From an uncultured Desulfarculus sp. (GTDB taxonomy: Bacteria; Desulfobacterota; Desulfarculia; Desulfarculales; Desulfarculaceae), in the NCBI GenBank assembly GCA_963665125.2, contig CAXXUK010000001.1:480001-544000 (forward strand): a DNA stretch of 64,000 bases. The letters are read 5' to 3'. The notes beneath the pieces are model-generated. The model was not told where the DNA came from. It saw nothing but the letters and a program-made list of their open reading frames with translations, and did not search any database. A program made the position numbers and the translations under genes. Shown here one piece after another: positions 37,305-46,738 of the stretch; the first letter of the stretch is position 1, and each line of letters opens with the position of its first letter.

Positions 37305-38144
37305 ATGCTGCAAAAAAAAGTAACAATCCCGGACCTCTACCAGAAAAAAGCCAACAATGAAAAGGTCACCATGCTCACGGCTTATGACTATCCCACCGCC
37401 AGGGTGATGGATGAAGCCGGTGTGGACACTGTGTTGGTGGGCGACAGCCTGGGCATGGTCTGCCTGGGTTACGACTCCACGGTGCCGGTGACCATGGACG
37501 AGATGATCCATCACGTCAAGGCCGTGCGCCGGGGGCTTAAAAACGCCCTTTTGATAGGCGACATGCCGTTCATGAGCTACCAGGTTTCAGTAGAAGAGGC
37601 CGTGCGCAACGCCGGGCGCTTCATGAAAGAGGGCGGCTGCGACATGGTCAAGCTCGAAGGCGGCACGGAGATGGTGCCCGTGGTCGAGGCCATTACCAAA
37701 GCGGGCATCCCGGTCTGCGCCCATATCGGCCTGACGCCCCAGAGCGTATCCAAGCTGGGCGGCTACAAGGTCCAGGGCAAGGACATCTCCGGAGCCCAGA
37801 AACTGGTGGACGACGCCAAGGCCCTGGAGGCCGCCGGCGCCGACATGATCGTCTTCGAATGCATCCCCACACCCCTGGCCACGGCTATCACCAAGGCCGT
37901 CAAGATGGTCACCATCGGTATCGGCGGCGGACCGGGCTGTGACGGCCAGGTCTTGGTGTATCACGACATCATGGGCCTTTCGGGCCGACGCGTGCCCAAG
38001 ATGGCCAAGCCTTACATGGACCTGTTCAGCCAGCTCACCGAGGCCGTAAGCACCTATTGCAAGGAAGTGGCCGAGGGCAGCTTCCCGGCCGAGGAACACG
38101 GCTTTGAAATGGATCAGTCCATCGTGGACCAACTCAAGTTCTAG
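37305..38144 (+). CDS. panB: 3-methyl-2-oxobutanoate hydroxymethyltransferase
   Basis: LTAYD, LVGDSLG, DMPFMSY, VKLEGG, HIGLTPQ and DGQVLV motifs. Confidence 0.97.
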   Translation: MLQKKVTIPDLYQKKANNEKVTMLTAYDYPTARVMDEAGVDTVLVGDSLGMVCLGYDSTVPVTMDEMIHHVKAVRRGLKNALLIGDMPFMSYQVSVEEAVRNAGRFMKEGGCDMVKLEGGTEMVPVVEAITKAGIPVCAHIGLTPQSVSKLGGYKVQGKDISGAQKLVDDAKALEAAGADMIVFECIPTPLATAITKAVKMVTIGIGGGPGCDGQVLVYHDIMGLSGRRVPKMAKPYMDLFSQLTEAVSTYCKEVAEGSFPAEEHGFEMDQSIVDQLKF

Positions 38145-38153
38145 GGGGAACCC

Positions 38154-39074
38154 ATGCGCATAGCAATCGTGGGGCCCGGTTCAATGGGCCTGCTCTTTGC
38201 CTGCCGTCTGGCCCAGGCCGGCGCCGATGTGTTCCTGCTGGACTATAAATCAGAGCGTGCCGAGGCCATCACTGCCCAGGGCGTGGTCATTGAAGACGAC
38301 AGTGGCAGCCAGACCGTCAAGGTCCAGGCAACGGCCGATCCGGCCGAGCTGGCCAGCGCCGATCTGGCTCTGGTCTGCGTCAAGGCCTATCGCACCGCCG
38401 AGGTGGCCAATTTGCTGGCCAGGCATTTGCCCCAAGGCGCCCGGGCCATGACCGTGCAAAACGGCGCGGGCAACGTGGAGATCCTGGCAGAGGCCCTGGG
38501 GCCCCAGCGGGTCCTGGGCGGCATCACCAGCGAAGGGGCCAACATCCTGGGTCCGGGACATGTGCGCCATGCGGGCCGTGGGCTGACCCACGTCGGCCCC
38601 ATGGACGGCGCGCCGGATGAATTCTGCACCCAGGTCAATGATCTTCTGATCAAGGCCGGATTTGATTCATCCCTGGCCGAGGGCGTACAGAACCTGATCT
38701 GGACCAAGCTGGTCATCAATGTGGGCATCAACCCGCTGACCGCCATCCTCGACGTGCCCAACGGGCAACTGGTCGAGGCCGAGGCCAGCGCCCGCCTGAT
38801 GGAGCTTGCCGTGGCCGAGGCCGTTGCCGTGGGCAAGGCCAAGGACGTGCGGTTCCTGCACGAGGACATGTTGGCGGCGGTGCAGGACGTTTCCCGCCGC
38901 ACGGCCAAGAACGTCAGTTCCATGCGGGCCGATGTACTGGCCAAACGCCAGACCGAGGTGGAGTTCATCAACGGCATCATCTGCCGGGCCGGAGCCGAGG
39001 CCAACGTGCCCACACCGGTAAACGAGGCACTGACCTTGATGGTCAAGGCCATCGAAGATAAAAACCGCCAGTAA
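38154..39074 (+). CDS. panE: 2-dehydropantoate 2-reductase
   Basis: GPGSMG, VKAY, QNG, WTKLVINVGINPLTA, SSMRAD and TEVEFING motifs. Confidence 0.94.
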   Translation: MRIAIVGPGSMGLLFACRLAQAGADVFLLDYKSERAEAITAQGVVIEDDSGSQTVKVQATADPAELASADLALVCVKAYRTAEVANLLARHLPQGARAMTVQNGAGNVEILAEALGPQRVLGGITSEGANILGPGHVRHAGRGLTHVGPMDGAPDEFCTQVNDLLIKAGFDSSLAEGVQNLIWTKLVINVGINPLTAILDVPNGQLVEAEASARLMELAVAEAVAVGKAKDVRFLHEDMLAAVQDVSRRTAKNVSSMRADVLAKRQTEVEFINGIICRAGAEANVPTPVNEALTLMVKAIEDKNRQ

Positions 39075-39081
39075 TGCAACC

Positions 39082-39117
39082 GGGAGCCTTGCCGTCAGGC
39101 GGGGCTCCCTTTCTTTT
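39082..39117 (+). terminator. Intrinsic terminator after panE
   Basis: GGGAGCCTTGCC-gtca-GGCGGGGCTCCC followed by TTTCTTTT. Confidence 0.8.
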
Positions 39118-39243
39118 CGGCAATCCCCGTCATAATATCCACTAGATCAATATAATTAATTGACTCGATAATCATTCTCGATTTATAATTTCTTATCAAG
39201 CAATGAGCAAAAATTTATTCCTACCAAACTTAGAGACAAGGCA

Positions 39244-39651
39244 ATGGCTTATATGCAATGGGGCCCGCAGTATGTTTTGGGCATCAAGGATATTGACAAT
39301 GAACATCAAAAGCTGGTGAACATGATCAATGACCTTTACGAAGCCATGAGCCAGGGCAAGGGCGACGATGTTCTTGGCCGGGTGCTGGGTGGTTTGGTCA
39401 ACTACTGCGCTACCCATTTCGCCACGGAAGAAAAATACATGCAAAAATGCGGATATGAGGATTTTGCGGAACATAAACGCATCCACGACGGGCTCACCAG
39501 CAAGGTGAAATCGCTTTTCAATGATTTCAACTCGGGCAAGGCGAAAATGAGCTTGAGTGTGACGACTTTCCTCAAGGACTGGCTCAATAAGCACATCCTG
39601 CAAACGGACAAGAATTATGTCCAGTGCATGAAGGCTGCCGGTATCAGCTAG
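39244..39651 (+). CDS. Bacteriohemerythrin
   Basis: IDNEHQKL, HFATEE, HKRIH and WLNKHILQTD motifs. Confidence 0.95.
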   Translation: MAYMQWGPQYVLGIKDIDNEHQKLVNMINDLYEAMSQGKGDDVLGRVLGGLVNYCATHFATEEKYMQKCGYEDFAEHKRIHDGLTSKVKSLFNDFNSGKAKMSLSVTTFLKDWLNKHILQTDKNYVQCMKAAGIS

Positions 39652-39724
39652 CAGGCCCATCTAGGGGGCAAGGCGGGAGCAAGAGCGCGGGGGCTCATCC
39701 CAAGGGAAGAGCCCCCGCGGCCGT

Positions 39725-40882
39725 TTATTGGTTCAGAGCCAATTCGGCCAGGTCAACGACCTTCAATTGGTCATCCAATTCCTCGGCTTTTACCGCGTCG
39801 CCGAGCATTTTCAGGCAATTGGGGCAGGCCACGGCCAACACTTCTGCGCCTGTGGCCGCCGCTTCCAGGACCCTGGCCCTGGCCGGGGCATTGGGTCCGG
39901 AGCCAACGATATCGGTGAAGAAGTTTCCGCCGCCGCCGCCGCAACACAGGGCGTTTTTCCGGGAACGGCCCATCTCCACGGTCTCCACGCCGGGGATGTT
40001 TTTAAGCACATTGCGCGGAGCATTGAATTGACCGTTGTGTCGGCCCAGATAACAGGGATCGTGGAACGCCACCTTTACCGGCCGGTCTTGGCCCTTGGGC
40101 GGATTGGCCCGCAGCGATTTGGCCAGGACCTCGCTGTAGTGCTGGACCTGGAAATCGCAGCCAAGTTCGGGATACAGGTTTTTGATGGCGTGATAGGCGT
40201 GGGGATCAAGGGTGATGATCTTGCTGACGCCTAAATCATGCCACTGCTCGATATTCTGCTTGGCCAGCAGCTCAAAGAGCATCTTTTCGCCAAGGGCCAT
40301 GACATCGTTGCCGTCGGCGTGTTCATCGGCGCCCAGGATGCCCACATCGACTCCGCTGGCCTTAAGGGCCTTGGCCACGGAGGCGGCCATCTTTTGGGCC
40401 CGTTCGTCGTATGAACCCACGTCGCCGATATACAGCAGGTACTCCTGGCCGTTGTACGCGGGCAGTCCCAGTCCCTTGGCCCAATCGCCCCTGGCTTCCT
40501 GGGGCAGCTTGTAGGGGTTGCCGTTTACGTGCATGGCCTTGAAGTAGTCGCGCACGGCCGGAGGCACGTCGCCCTCTTCGGCCAGCAGGCAACGGGCCGC
40601 TGTGAAGGCGTCCAGAAGGAGATCCTTGAACTTGGGCATTACGCAGTGTTCAACGCAGTTGCCGCAGGTGGCGCAGGAATACATTATTTCCTGAAAGCGG
40701 GGGCTGGTTTGAAGCTCACCGTCCAGCCAGGCCCGCAACAGCCACATGCGCCCGCCGGGCGAAAATGTCTCGAAACGGTATTTTAGATATGATGGGCAGT
40801 TAAGATCCGTGAAATCGCTGGGCATTTTGCAATAACCGCAGCGGAAACAGCGGTGGAGTATTTCGGAATGCTGCATCTCCAT
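39725..40882 (-). CDS. (Fe-S)-binding oxidoreductase subunit (GlpC/GlcF/HdrD-like, CCG domains)
   Basis: CFRCGYC, CATCGNCVEHC, HDPCYLGR, CCGGGGG and ACPNC motifs. Confidence 0.9.
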   Translation of the reverse strand: MEMQHSEILHRCFRCGYCKMPSDFTDLNCPSYLKYRFETFSPGGRMWLLRAWLDGELQTSPRFQEIMYSCATCGNCVEHCVMPKFKDLLLDAFTAARCLLAEEGDVPPAVRDYFKAMHVNGNPYKLPQEARGDWAKGLGLPAYNGQEYLLYIGDVGSYDERAQKMAASVAKALKASGVDVGILGADEHADGNDVMALGEKMLFELLAKQNIEQWHDLGVSKIITLDPHAYHAIKNLYPELGCDFQVQHYSEVLAKSLRANPPKGQDRPVKVAFHDPCYLGRHNGQFNAPRNVLKNIPGVETVEMGRSRKNALCCGGGGGNFFTDIVGSGPNAPARARVLEAAATGAEVLAVACPNCLKMLGDAVKAEELDDQLKVVDLAELALNQ

Positions 40883-42261
40883 CAGTCCACCTCCCAATTG
40901 CCGGGATTCATTATTCCGGACGGATCAAGCACGGAGCGGACCTTGTTCATCAGGGCGTAGGTCTCCGGGTGCATGTGCTCGATTATCTGCTTCTGGGCCG
41001 GAGCCTCGGCCTTCCAGGGCACGCCTCCCAGCTTCAGCACGGCCTCGTTGGTGTCTTCCAGGGCGTGTTGGGCATTGGCCACGTCCTGCTTGTCGGCCCG
41101 GTTGAAGGCATAGGCGTAGAAGAACATCATGCTGTGGGCCTGGCCGATGATGCGCGCGCCCAGGGAATAGGCCACGTCGTGTTTGCCGGCCTGCTCCAGG
41201 CCCAGTTCATAGGCCTTGGCGAAATTGCCCACGGGCATGATGGCCCCGACGTATTCGAAACCGCCGCCTTTTCTGACATCGGCGTATTTGGCCAGGGTGG
41301 CCGCCGGTTCGGCCATGAAGCTCTTTTTCATGTTGTAGGGCAGGGCCATGAAGCCGCCGGTCTTGGCCTCGATGTAGGGCTTGACTGAGCGGCTGAGAAG
41401 CTCTCGCTTGAAGGTCAGCTCTTCTTTGTCCTCGGCCGAATAGACCATGTTGAAATTGAGCAGACCATTGGCCCAGTCCGGTTTTGGTGTCATCCAGGCG
41501 GTGATGTCCTCGGCCACGCCCACATCGGCCAAGCGGTTGATGACATCGGTGCCGTATTCGGGATTGTCGGCAACAAATATTCGCACGTCCTGGAAGGCCC
41601 GTTTGGGGAACAGCTTTATTGCCAGCTTGGTGACCACGCCGGTGGTTCCTGCCCAGCCCAGGAACAGGCCGCTGAGGTCCGGCAGCGGGGCTCGGGCGAA
41701 CCAGTAATCAGAAGTGGAGCAGGAGCCCAGTCGCACCACCTCGCCGGTGGGCAACACCGCCTCCAAGCCGTTGAGTTGGTCGGTGTGGTACCCTGCCCAG
41801 GCCGACATGTGGCCCGAGCCGTGAATGAGCACGTTGCCGGCCACAGTGGCGATTGGCGGAGCATCGGGCATGGAATGCTTCAGGCCGGGGTGGTTTTTCG
41901 CCAGGTATGATTGCAGCATGCCCTGGGCGCAGCCCGCCTCAACAACGGCGTAGCGGCTGGTCTCGTTGACCTCCAGGATGCGATTCATGCGCTTGAGGTC
42001 CAGGACAATGCCGCCCTTCAGGGGCCTGGTCAGGCCCGAGAGCACCAGGCCGCCGCCCATGGGCACAATCGGCACGCACGCCTCGGTGGCCAGGCGCATT
42101 ATGCACTGGATTTCCTGGACCGTTTGGGGCATGGCCACCACATCGGGGTTGCGGGGCTCCATGGTGCCCTGGTCCCGGGAGTAGATAAAGCGTTCTTCCG
42201 CAGCATCGCTGACAAAGGCGTCGCCGACTATCTTATTCAATTCCTCGATGATTTTCTGCAT
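40882..42261 (-). CDS. FAD-binding oxidoreductase (GlcD/D-lactate dehydrogenase family)
   Basis: PIVPMGGG, LDLKRMNRILEV, GTTGVVTK and LDPSGIMNPG motifs. Confidence 0.9.
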   Translation of the reverse strand: MQKIIEELNKIVGDAFVSDAAEERFIYSRDQGTMEPRNPDVVAMPQTVQEIQCIMRLATEACVPIVPMGGGLVLSGLTRPLKGGIVLDLKRMNRILEVNETSRYAVVEAGCAQGMLQSYLAKNHPGLKHSMPDAPPIATVAGNVLIHGSGHMSAWAGYHTDQLNGLEAVLPTGEVVRLGSCSTSDYWFARAPLPDLSGLFLGWAGTTGVVTKLAIKLFPKRAFQDVRIFVADNPEYGTDVINRLADVGVAEDITAWMTPKPDWANGLLNFNMVYSAEDKEELTFKRELLSRSVKPYIEAKTGGFMALPYNMKKSFMAEPAATLAKYADVRKGGGFEYVGAIMPVGNFAKAYELGLEQAGKHDVAYSLGARIIGQAHSMMFFYAYAFNRADKQDVANAQHALEDTNEAVLKLGGVPWKAEAPAQKQIIEHMHPETYALMNKVRSVLDPSGIMNPGNWEVD

Positions 42262-42264
42262 TGC

Positions 42265-43302
42265 TCAGCCTCCCAGGATCGGTTTTTCGCCAAGGGCCAT
42301 CTGGCAAAGCTCGCTCATCATGATGGGCACCACGCCTGCCTCGAAGGTCTCGTAGCCCATGCCCATCAGACAGGCCGGGCAGTTGAATACGCAGTACTCA
42401 GCACCCACGGCCTTCATGTCGTCCAGGTTGCGCTGCAGGACGTCATCTGCCAGCTTGTCCCGTTGTTGCAGGCGGATTACGCTGCCGCAGCACAGGGCAT
42501 GGTCACGGTCGTACTGCCGCTCGGGCCGGTTTACGCCGATCAACTCGAAGATGTCGTCGACATAGTGGGCGATTTCCGGGCAGAAGCGGTTGGAGCAGGG
42601 ACGCTGGTAGGCCACCGTGATCCCCAGGGGCTTTATTTTATCTTTGAGCTGGGTGAGACGTTCAAAAAGGAACTGGAACAGGTGTTTGGACTTCCAGGGC
42701 ACCTCGATGCCGAATGCCGGGGCCAGATAGTTGTAGGTGCCGTAGCACTCGTCATGGTAGCAGACGATTTCCTCGATGCCGTTGGGCTCCAGGTGCTTGG
42801 TCCAGATGGTGTCGATGACCTTGGGCAGGCGCTCCCGAATAACCGAGTTGCCCGCGGTGTGCAGCCACATAACGTTGCAAAAGACATCGGAACCCACGAA
42901 ATAGCTAGTGTCGGCAAACAGGTCGCCTCTTAGCATGTCGCTGAGCATGGGGAAAAAGCACATGTTGATGACAGTGTCTTGCAATGGGCCGGGCGGGTCC
43001 TTTTCCTTGATGGCCATCATGCCCAACTGCTGGTTGACTATGGGAACCGGCACCAGCCCCTTGTCGAGCTGCTCCTGGCGCTCCACCAACAGATAAAAGG
43101 GATGGTTGTCATAGGGACAATATTCTTCGCAGGCGTAACATGTGATGCAATCATGCAGGACTTGGGCGTCCTGCCCCTCCAAGACGAGCCTTCTCTGCTC
43201 CCTGGCCTGCTCAAGGGTGTAGTCCGTGTAATCGCAACGCATCAGGCAATCCACGGTTTCACACTTGGCGCAGACCTCTGGATCATATTTCAGGTCGTAC
43301 AC
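42265..43302 (-). CDS. (Fe-S)-binding CCG-domain protein
   Basis: CITCYACEEYCP, YQRPCS, LCCGS and NCPAC motifs; GTG start with RBS GGGAGG. Confidence 0.88.
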   Translation of the reverse strand: MYDLKYDPEVCAKCETVDCLMRCDYTDYTLEQAREQRRLVLEGQDAQVLHDCITCYACEEYCPYDNHPFYLLVERQEQLDKGLVPVPIVNQQLGMMAIKEKDPPGPLQDTVINMCFFPMLSDMLRGDLFADTSYFVGSDVFCNVMWLHTAGNSVIRERLPKVIDTIWTKHLEPNGIEEIVCYHDECYGTYNYLAPAFGIEVPWKSKHLFQFLFERLTQLKDKIKPLGITVAYQRPCSNRFCPEIAHYVDDIFELIGVNRPERQYDRDHALCCGSVIRLQQRDKLADDVLQRNLDDMKAVGAEYCVFNCPACLMGMGYETFEAGVVPIMMSELCQMALGEKPILGG

Positions 43303-43329
43303 GTTTTCCCTCCCATAAAAAAATTCGAA

Positions 43330-43355
43330 TGTTCGTTATATAATCATAACGAACA
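43330..43355. promoter_or_regulatory. Perfect palindromic operator upstream of the FAD/Fe-S oxidoreductase operon
   Basis: TGTTCGTTAT-ataatc-ATAACGAACA. Confidence 0.7.
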
Positions 43356-43453
43356 CAATTTAGTCAAACACAAAATATCTATATTATGTAGTAATTAATA
43401 AAGGAGTTGGAAGTTTTTCCGGCCCCCTGGTAATGAGGGCCGGAAAAATCGGC

Positions 43454-43969
43454 TCAGACAGTGCACTGGCCGGGGCACTGGATGAAGCTGTATGTGTGAT
43501 AAACCCTCGCCGCCGCGAGCGTTTCCTTTTCGCTGGGCCGTTTGCGAGGTGTCTCGGCCACTCGGCGGGCCAACTCGTTTGGAGTTGGCAGGGCCTCCAG
43601 ACCCGTGGCGATCACCCGGCCTGTGGCCACGTCCAATAGCTCGGCGTCGTCGCCGTTGCACACCGCGGCAAAGGGAATCCATTCGTCTTCAAGCAGCCGG
43701 GCCGCGGCGACGGCCTCCCGCTCCCTGCTCACCAGCGAGCCCCTGGCGCAACGCAGGACAAGGGCCGGAGCGTCGTTGGCCATGACCAGCAGGTCGGCCT
43801 TGACGCACATGTCGTCTTCGCGGTGCTTCACCGTGCGGCAATGGTCGACCCTCACATCTTCGGGCCCGTACCCCAGCCGCAGCAAATAGGCCTCCACCTT
43901 TTGGCGGACATATTCGTCATCGTGGTCCGGCAGGGGGCCGCCGGTAATAAGATCGCATTGTTGGTCCAT
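43454..43969 (-). CDS. Stand-alone HsdR N-terminal-like (PD-(D/E)xK-fold) domain protein
   Basis: DEYVRQKV..YLL.LGY and ADLLV motifs; no helicase domain. Confidence 0.7.
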   Translation of the reverse strand: MDQQCDLITGGPLPDHDDEYVRQKVEAYLLRLGYGPEDVRVDHCRTVKHREDDMCVKADLLVMANDAPALVLRCARGSLVSREREAVAAARLLEDEWIPFAAVCNGDDAELLDVATGRVIATGLEALPTPNELARRVAETPRKRPSEKETLAAARVYHTYSFIQCPGQCTV

Positions 43970-44022
43970 GACGTTCGCTCCCCTTTGTTTTTTTCGGCGT
44001 GGTTTATGTTAATAATACTCTT

Positions 44023-44745
44023 ATGAAGTTTGCAATCATCGCCGACATCCACGCCAATCTTGAGGCGTTCGAGGCCGTATGGGCCGACATCCGCAATAGC
44101 GGCGTTGGGGAGGTTTTCTGCGTCGGCGACCTGGTGGGCTACGGCCCGGACCCCCAGGCGGTTATCGAACTGGTAATGAGCCGGGGCATCCAATGCACCC
44201 TGGGCAATCACGACCTGGCAATTATCGAGCCGGCCACGCTCGGCTGGTTCAATTCTCATGCCAGGGCGGCCATTGAGCAGACCTCCCATCTTATCGGCTT
44301 CGAGGCAAGGGCCTTCCTTGCCTCGCTTCCATACTACTTAGTTAAGCACGGTTGCCGCTTTGTGCACGGTTTTCCACCCGATAGCGTGAAAACATACATG
44401 TTCGAGGTCCGTGACGCCAAGCTGCGCAAGACGCTGGAAAACATGGATGAACAGGTCTGTTTTGTAGGTCATTCCCACGAACTTGAATCCATCGGCCTGC
44501 ACGAAGGGAAGTTGACGCGACAAAGACTTCTAAAGGGGCCGAACAGGCTTGACCAGGGACGCCATATCGTCAACGTGGGCAGCGTTGGCCAGCCCAGGGA
44601 CGGTGACCGCAGCGCCAAATACTGCATATACGATACTGATGCCGGGGTGCTGGAGGTGCGCTTCGTGGCCTATGACGCCCTGGCCACCGTGGCCAAGATG
44701 CGTGCCCTGGGTCTGCCAGAGGCCAACGCCCTGCGCCTGCTATGA
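44023..44745 (+). CDS. Calcineurin-like metallophosphoesterase
   Basis: DIHAN, GDLVGYG, GNHD, VGHSH and NVGSVGQPRD motifs. Confidence 0.93.
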   Translation: MKFAIIADIHANLEAFEAVWADIRNSGVGEVFCVGDLVGYGPDPQAVIELVMSRGIQCTLGNHDLAIIEPATLGWFNSHARAAIEQTSHLIGFEARAFLASLPYYLVKHGCRFVHGFPPDSVKTYMFEVRDAKLRKTLENMDEQVCFVGHSHELESIGLHEGKLTRQRLLKGPNRLDQGRHIVNVGSVGQPRDGDRSAKYCIYDTDAGVLEVRFVAYDALATVAKMRALGLPEANALRLL

Positions 44746-46088
44746 AGCTCATCGGCGATTACCAGGTATCGGGTCTGCTGGGCCGGGGCGGCATGGGCTC
44801 GGTCTACAAGGTCCGCCACGTTTCCGGAGGCCCAACCAGGGCCCTCAAACTGCTCAAACCCAATAACTTGCTGGTTAGCCTAATGGGCTCCAGCGAGGTG
44901 CGCCGCCGTTTCGTGGCCGAGGCCAGGGCCATGTCCTCCGTGAGTCATCCCAACCTGGTCAAGGTCCTGCACGCCGCACTCGATCAAGACCAGCCGTATT
45001 ATGTCATGGAGCACTATTGCAACAATCTTGGGCAGTTGATCGGCGAGGGTTATGACCTCGATGCGCCCAGCCGGGCCGTGGAGCCCCACCGGGCCCTTGA
45101 TTTCATGGGCCAAGCCCTGGTCGGCCTCGACGTCCTGCACCAGACCGGCATCGTCCACCGCGACTTCAAGCCGTTCAACGTGATGCTGGGCGAATTGGAC
45201 GAGGTCAAGCTCAGCGATCTGGGGCTGTCGCGCCTGCGGGGAGAGGTGCGGCCAGGCCCGACCAACCTGCGCATCGGTTCGCCGCACTACGCCGCGCCCG
45301 AGCAGGAGGCCGATGCCGACAGCGCCGGACCGGCGGCTGACCTGTTCAGCGTGGCGGTGAGCCTGTTCCGCCTGGTTACGGGCCAGTTGCCCGGCGGGAG
45401 CGCGGCAACGGAGTTGAATCCCAACCTGGATAAACCCTGGGACTTGTTTTTTCGTAAAACCCTGGACCCGAACCCGGTCAGGCGCCACCGGGATGCAGCG
45501 GAAATGGGCCGGGCTGTCGATGAACTGGCCGAGGCCTGGCGGGCGCGGCTAAGTGATCAATGTGCCGCGCCCTTGCAGTGGCGAACCAGTTCATCTCCCC
45601 ATCAGGCAGGCCAAAGGCTGCGCGACGAGCCGCGTAAAATTTCCCTGAAAGAGGCCCGCGAGGTCCTGGACCTGGATGAGCTTTGGCGGCCCAGGGCGGC
45701 CGTCGAAGAGTTCGAGCAAACGCTTGAAGACATGGTGGCCGGGCGAAACCACGGCCTGCTCTGGCAGCGGGCCGGCTCGGGAAGCGTGATGACCTGGGCC
45801 CAGGCCCACGAGTATGTGGCCCGGCTCAACAGGCAGCGTTGGATGGGCCACGGCGATTGGCGGCTGCCCACGGCCCCGGAGGCAGCCGTGTTGTTGCTGG
45901 CGCCGGGCGGCCCATTTGATCTGTGCACGGACCGGCTTTTTGATCCCGCCCAGATGCGCATCTGGACCTGCGACCGCTGCGCCCACACCTCGGCCTGGCT
46001 GGCGTGTTTTGACGGCGGATATATGGGCCGCCAGGATCTGGACTGCCACAACTTCGTACGGGCCGTGCGCTCCATGGGTAATCCATAA
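44742..46088 (+). CDS. Hanks-type Ser/Thr protein kinase with C-terminal DUF1566-like domain
   Basis: LGRGGMGSVY, ALK, HRDFKPFN, DLG and YAAPEQ; C-terminal GLLWQR...DWRLPT...FVRAVR. Confidence 0.9.
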   Translation: MKLIGDYQVSGLLGRGGMGSVYKVRHVSGGPTRALKLLKPNNLLVSLMGSSEVRRRFVAEARAMSSVSHPNLVKVLHAALDQDQPYYVMEHYCNNLGQLIGEGYDLDAPSRAVEPHRALDFMGQALVGLDVLHQTGIVHRDFKPFNVMLGELDEVKLSDLGLSRLRGEVRPGPTNLRIGSPHYAAPEQEADADSAGPAADLFSVAVSLFRLVTGQLPGGSAATELNPNLDKPWDLFFRKTLDPNPVRRHRDAAEMGRAVDELAEAWRARLSDQCAAPLQWRTSSSPHQAGQRLRDEPRKISLKEAREVLDLDELWRPRAAVEEFEQTLEDMVAGRNHGLLWQRAGSGSVMTWAQAHEYVARLNRQRWMGHGDWRLPTAPEAAVLLLAPGGPFDLCTDRLFDPAQMRIWTCDRCAHTSAWLACFDGGYMGRQDLDCHNFVRAVRSMGNP

Positions 46089-46153
46089 AAAAGCGGCCCC
46101 GGCCCAAATCCGGACCGGGGCTTGGTTTGCCTATGATCGGCTACGCGACGTCG

Positions 46154-46603
46154 TTAACCCGCTTTGACTTCAATCTCCTTGGGCTTGGCCTCGGGGCCCC
46201 GCGGCAAGGTGATCTTCAGTACGCCGTCCTTTTGAGTGGCGCTGAGCTTTTCACAGTCAATATCCTCGGGCAGGCGGAAGCTGCGGTAGAAACGGCCGTA
46301 ACTGCGTTCCACCAGATGGTATTTTTCCTGCTTTTCCTCGCGCTCGCTCTTCTTTTCTCCCTGGATGGTCAACACGCCGTCCTGGAGGGTGACCTCTATT
46401 TCCTCGGGCTTCAGACCGGGCACATCGGCCAACACCTCAAAGCCTTCCTCGGTTTCCTTGATGTCAAACTTGGGATCAAAGTCAACCTCGGCTTTCAGTT
46501 CGGGCAGGGCAAAACCGCCGAAGAATCGTTCAAAGATATCCTCTGTATCGCGGCGCAGCCTGCCCAAAGTTCTTTCTCTTTTAAATGGCATCAGTGCGTA
46601 CAT
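46154..46603 (-). CDS. Hsp20/alpha-crystallin small heat-shock protein
   Basis: DIKETE, DVPG, ERSYGRFYRSFRLP and DGVLKITLP motifs. Confidence 0.95.
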   Translation of the reverse strand: MYALMPFKRERTLGRLRRDTEDIFERFFGGFALPELKAEVDFDPKFDIKETEEGFEVLADVPGLKPEEIEVTLQDGVLTIQGEKKSEREEKQEKYHLVERSYGRFYRSFRLPEDIDCEKLSATQKDGVLKITLPRGPEAKPKEIEVKAG

Positions 46604-46738
46604 GGCAGACTCCTTTCTTTAATTTGGATTCAATCCATTGTGGGTATAAATTAAGAACCGGCATGGCTCTGTGCAAGGTCCGCGATATTGGTTTGTTACT
46701 GAATTGCAAAAATAGATGACCAGAATGCGACATGTTTG

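Noticed and set aside
43454..43969. Type I restriction-modification system
   Set aside because: Only a short HsdR_N-like domain is present; there is no hsdM, hsdS or helicase domain.
45700..46088. DUF1566 C-terminus as a diversity-generating retroelement target
   Set aside because: No reverse transcriptase and no template-repeat copy were seen in the window.
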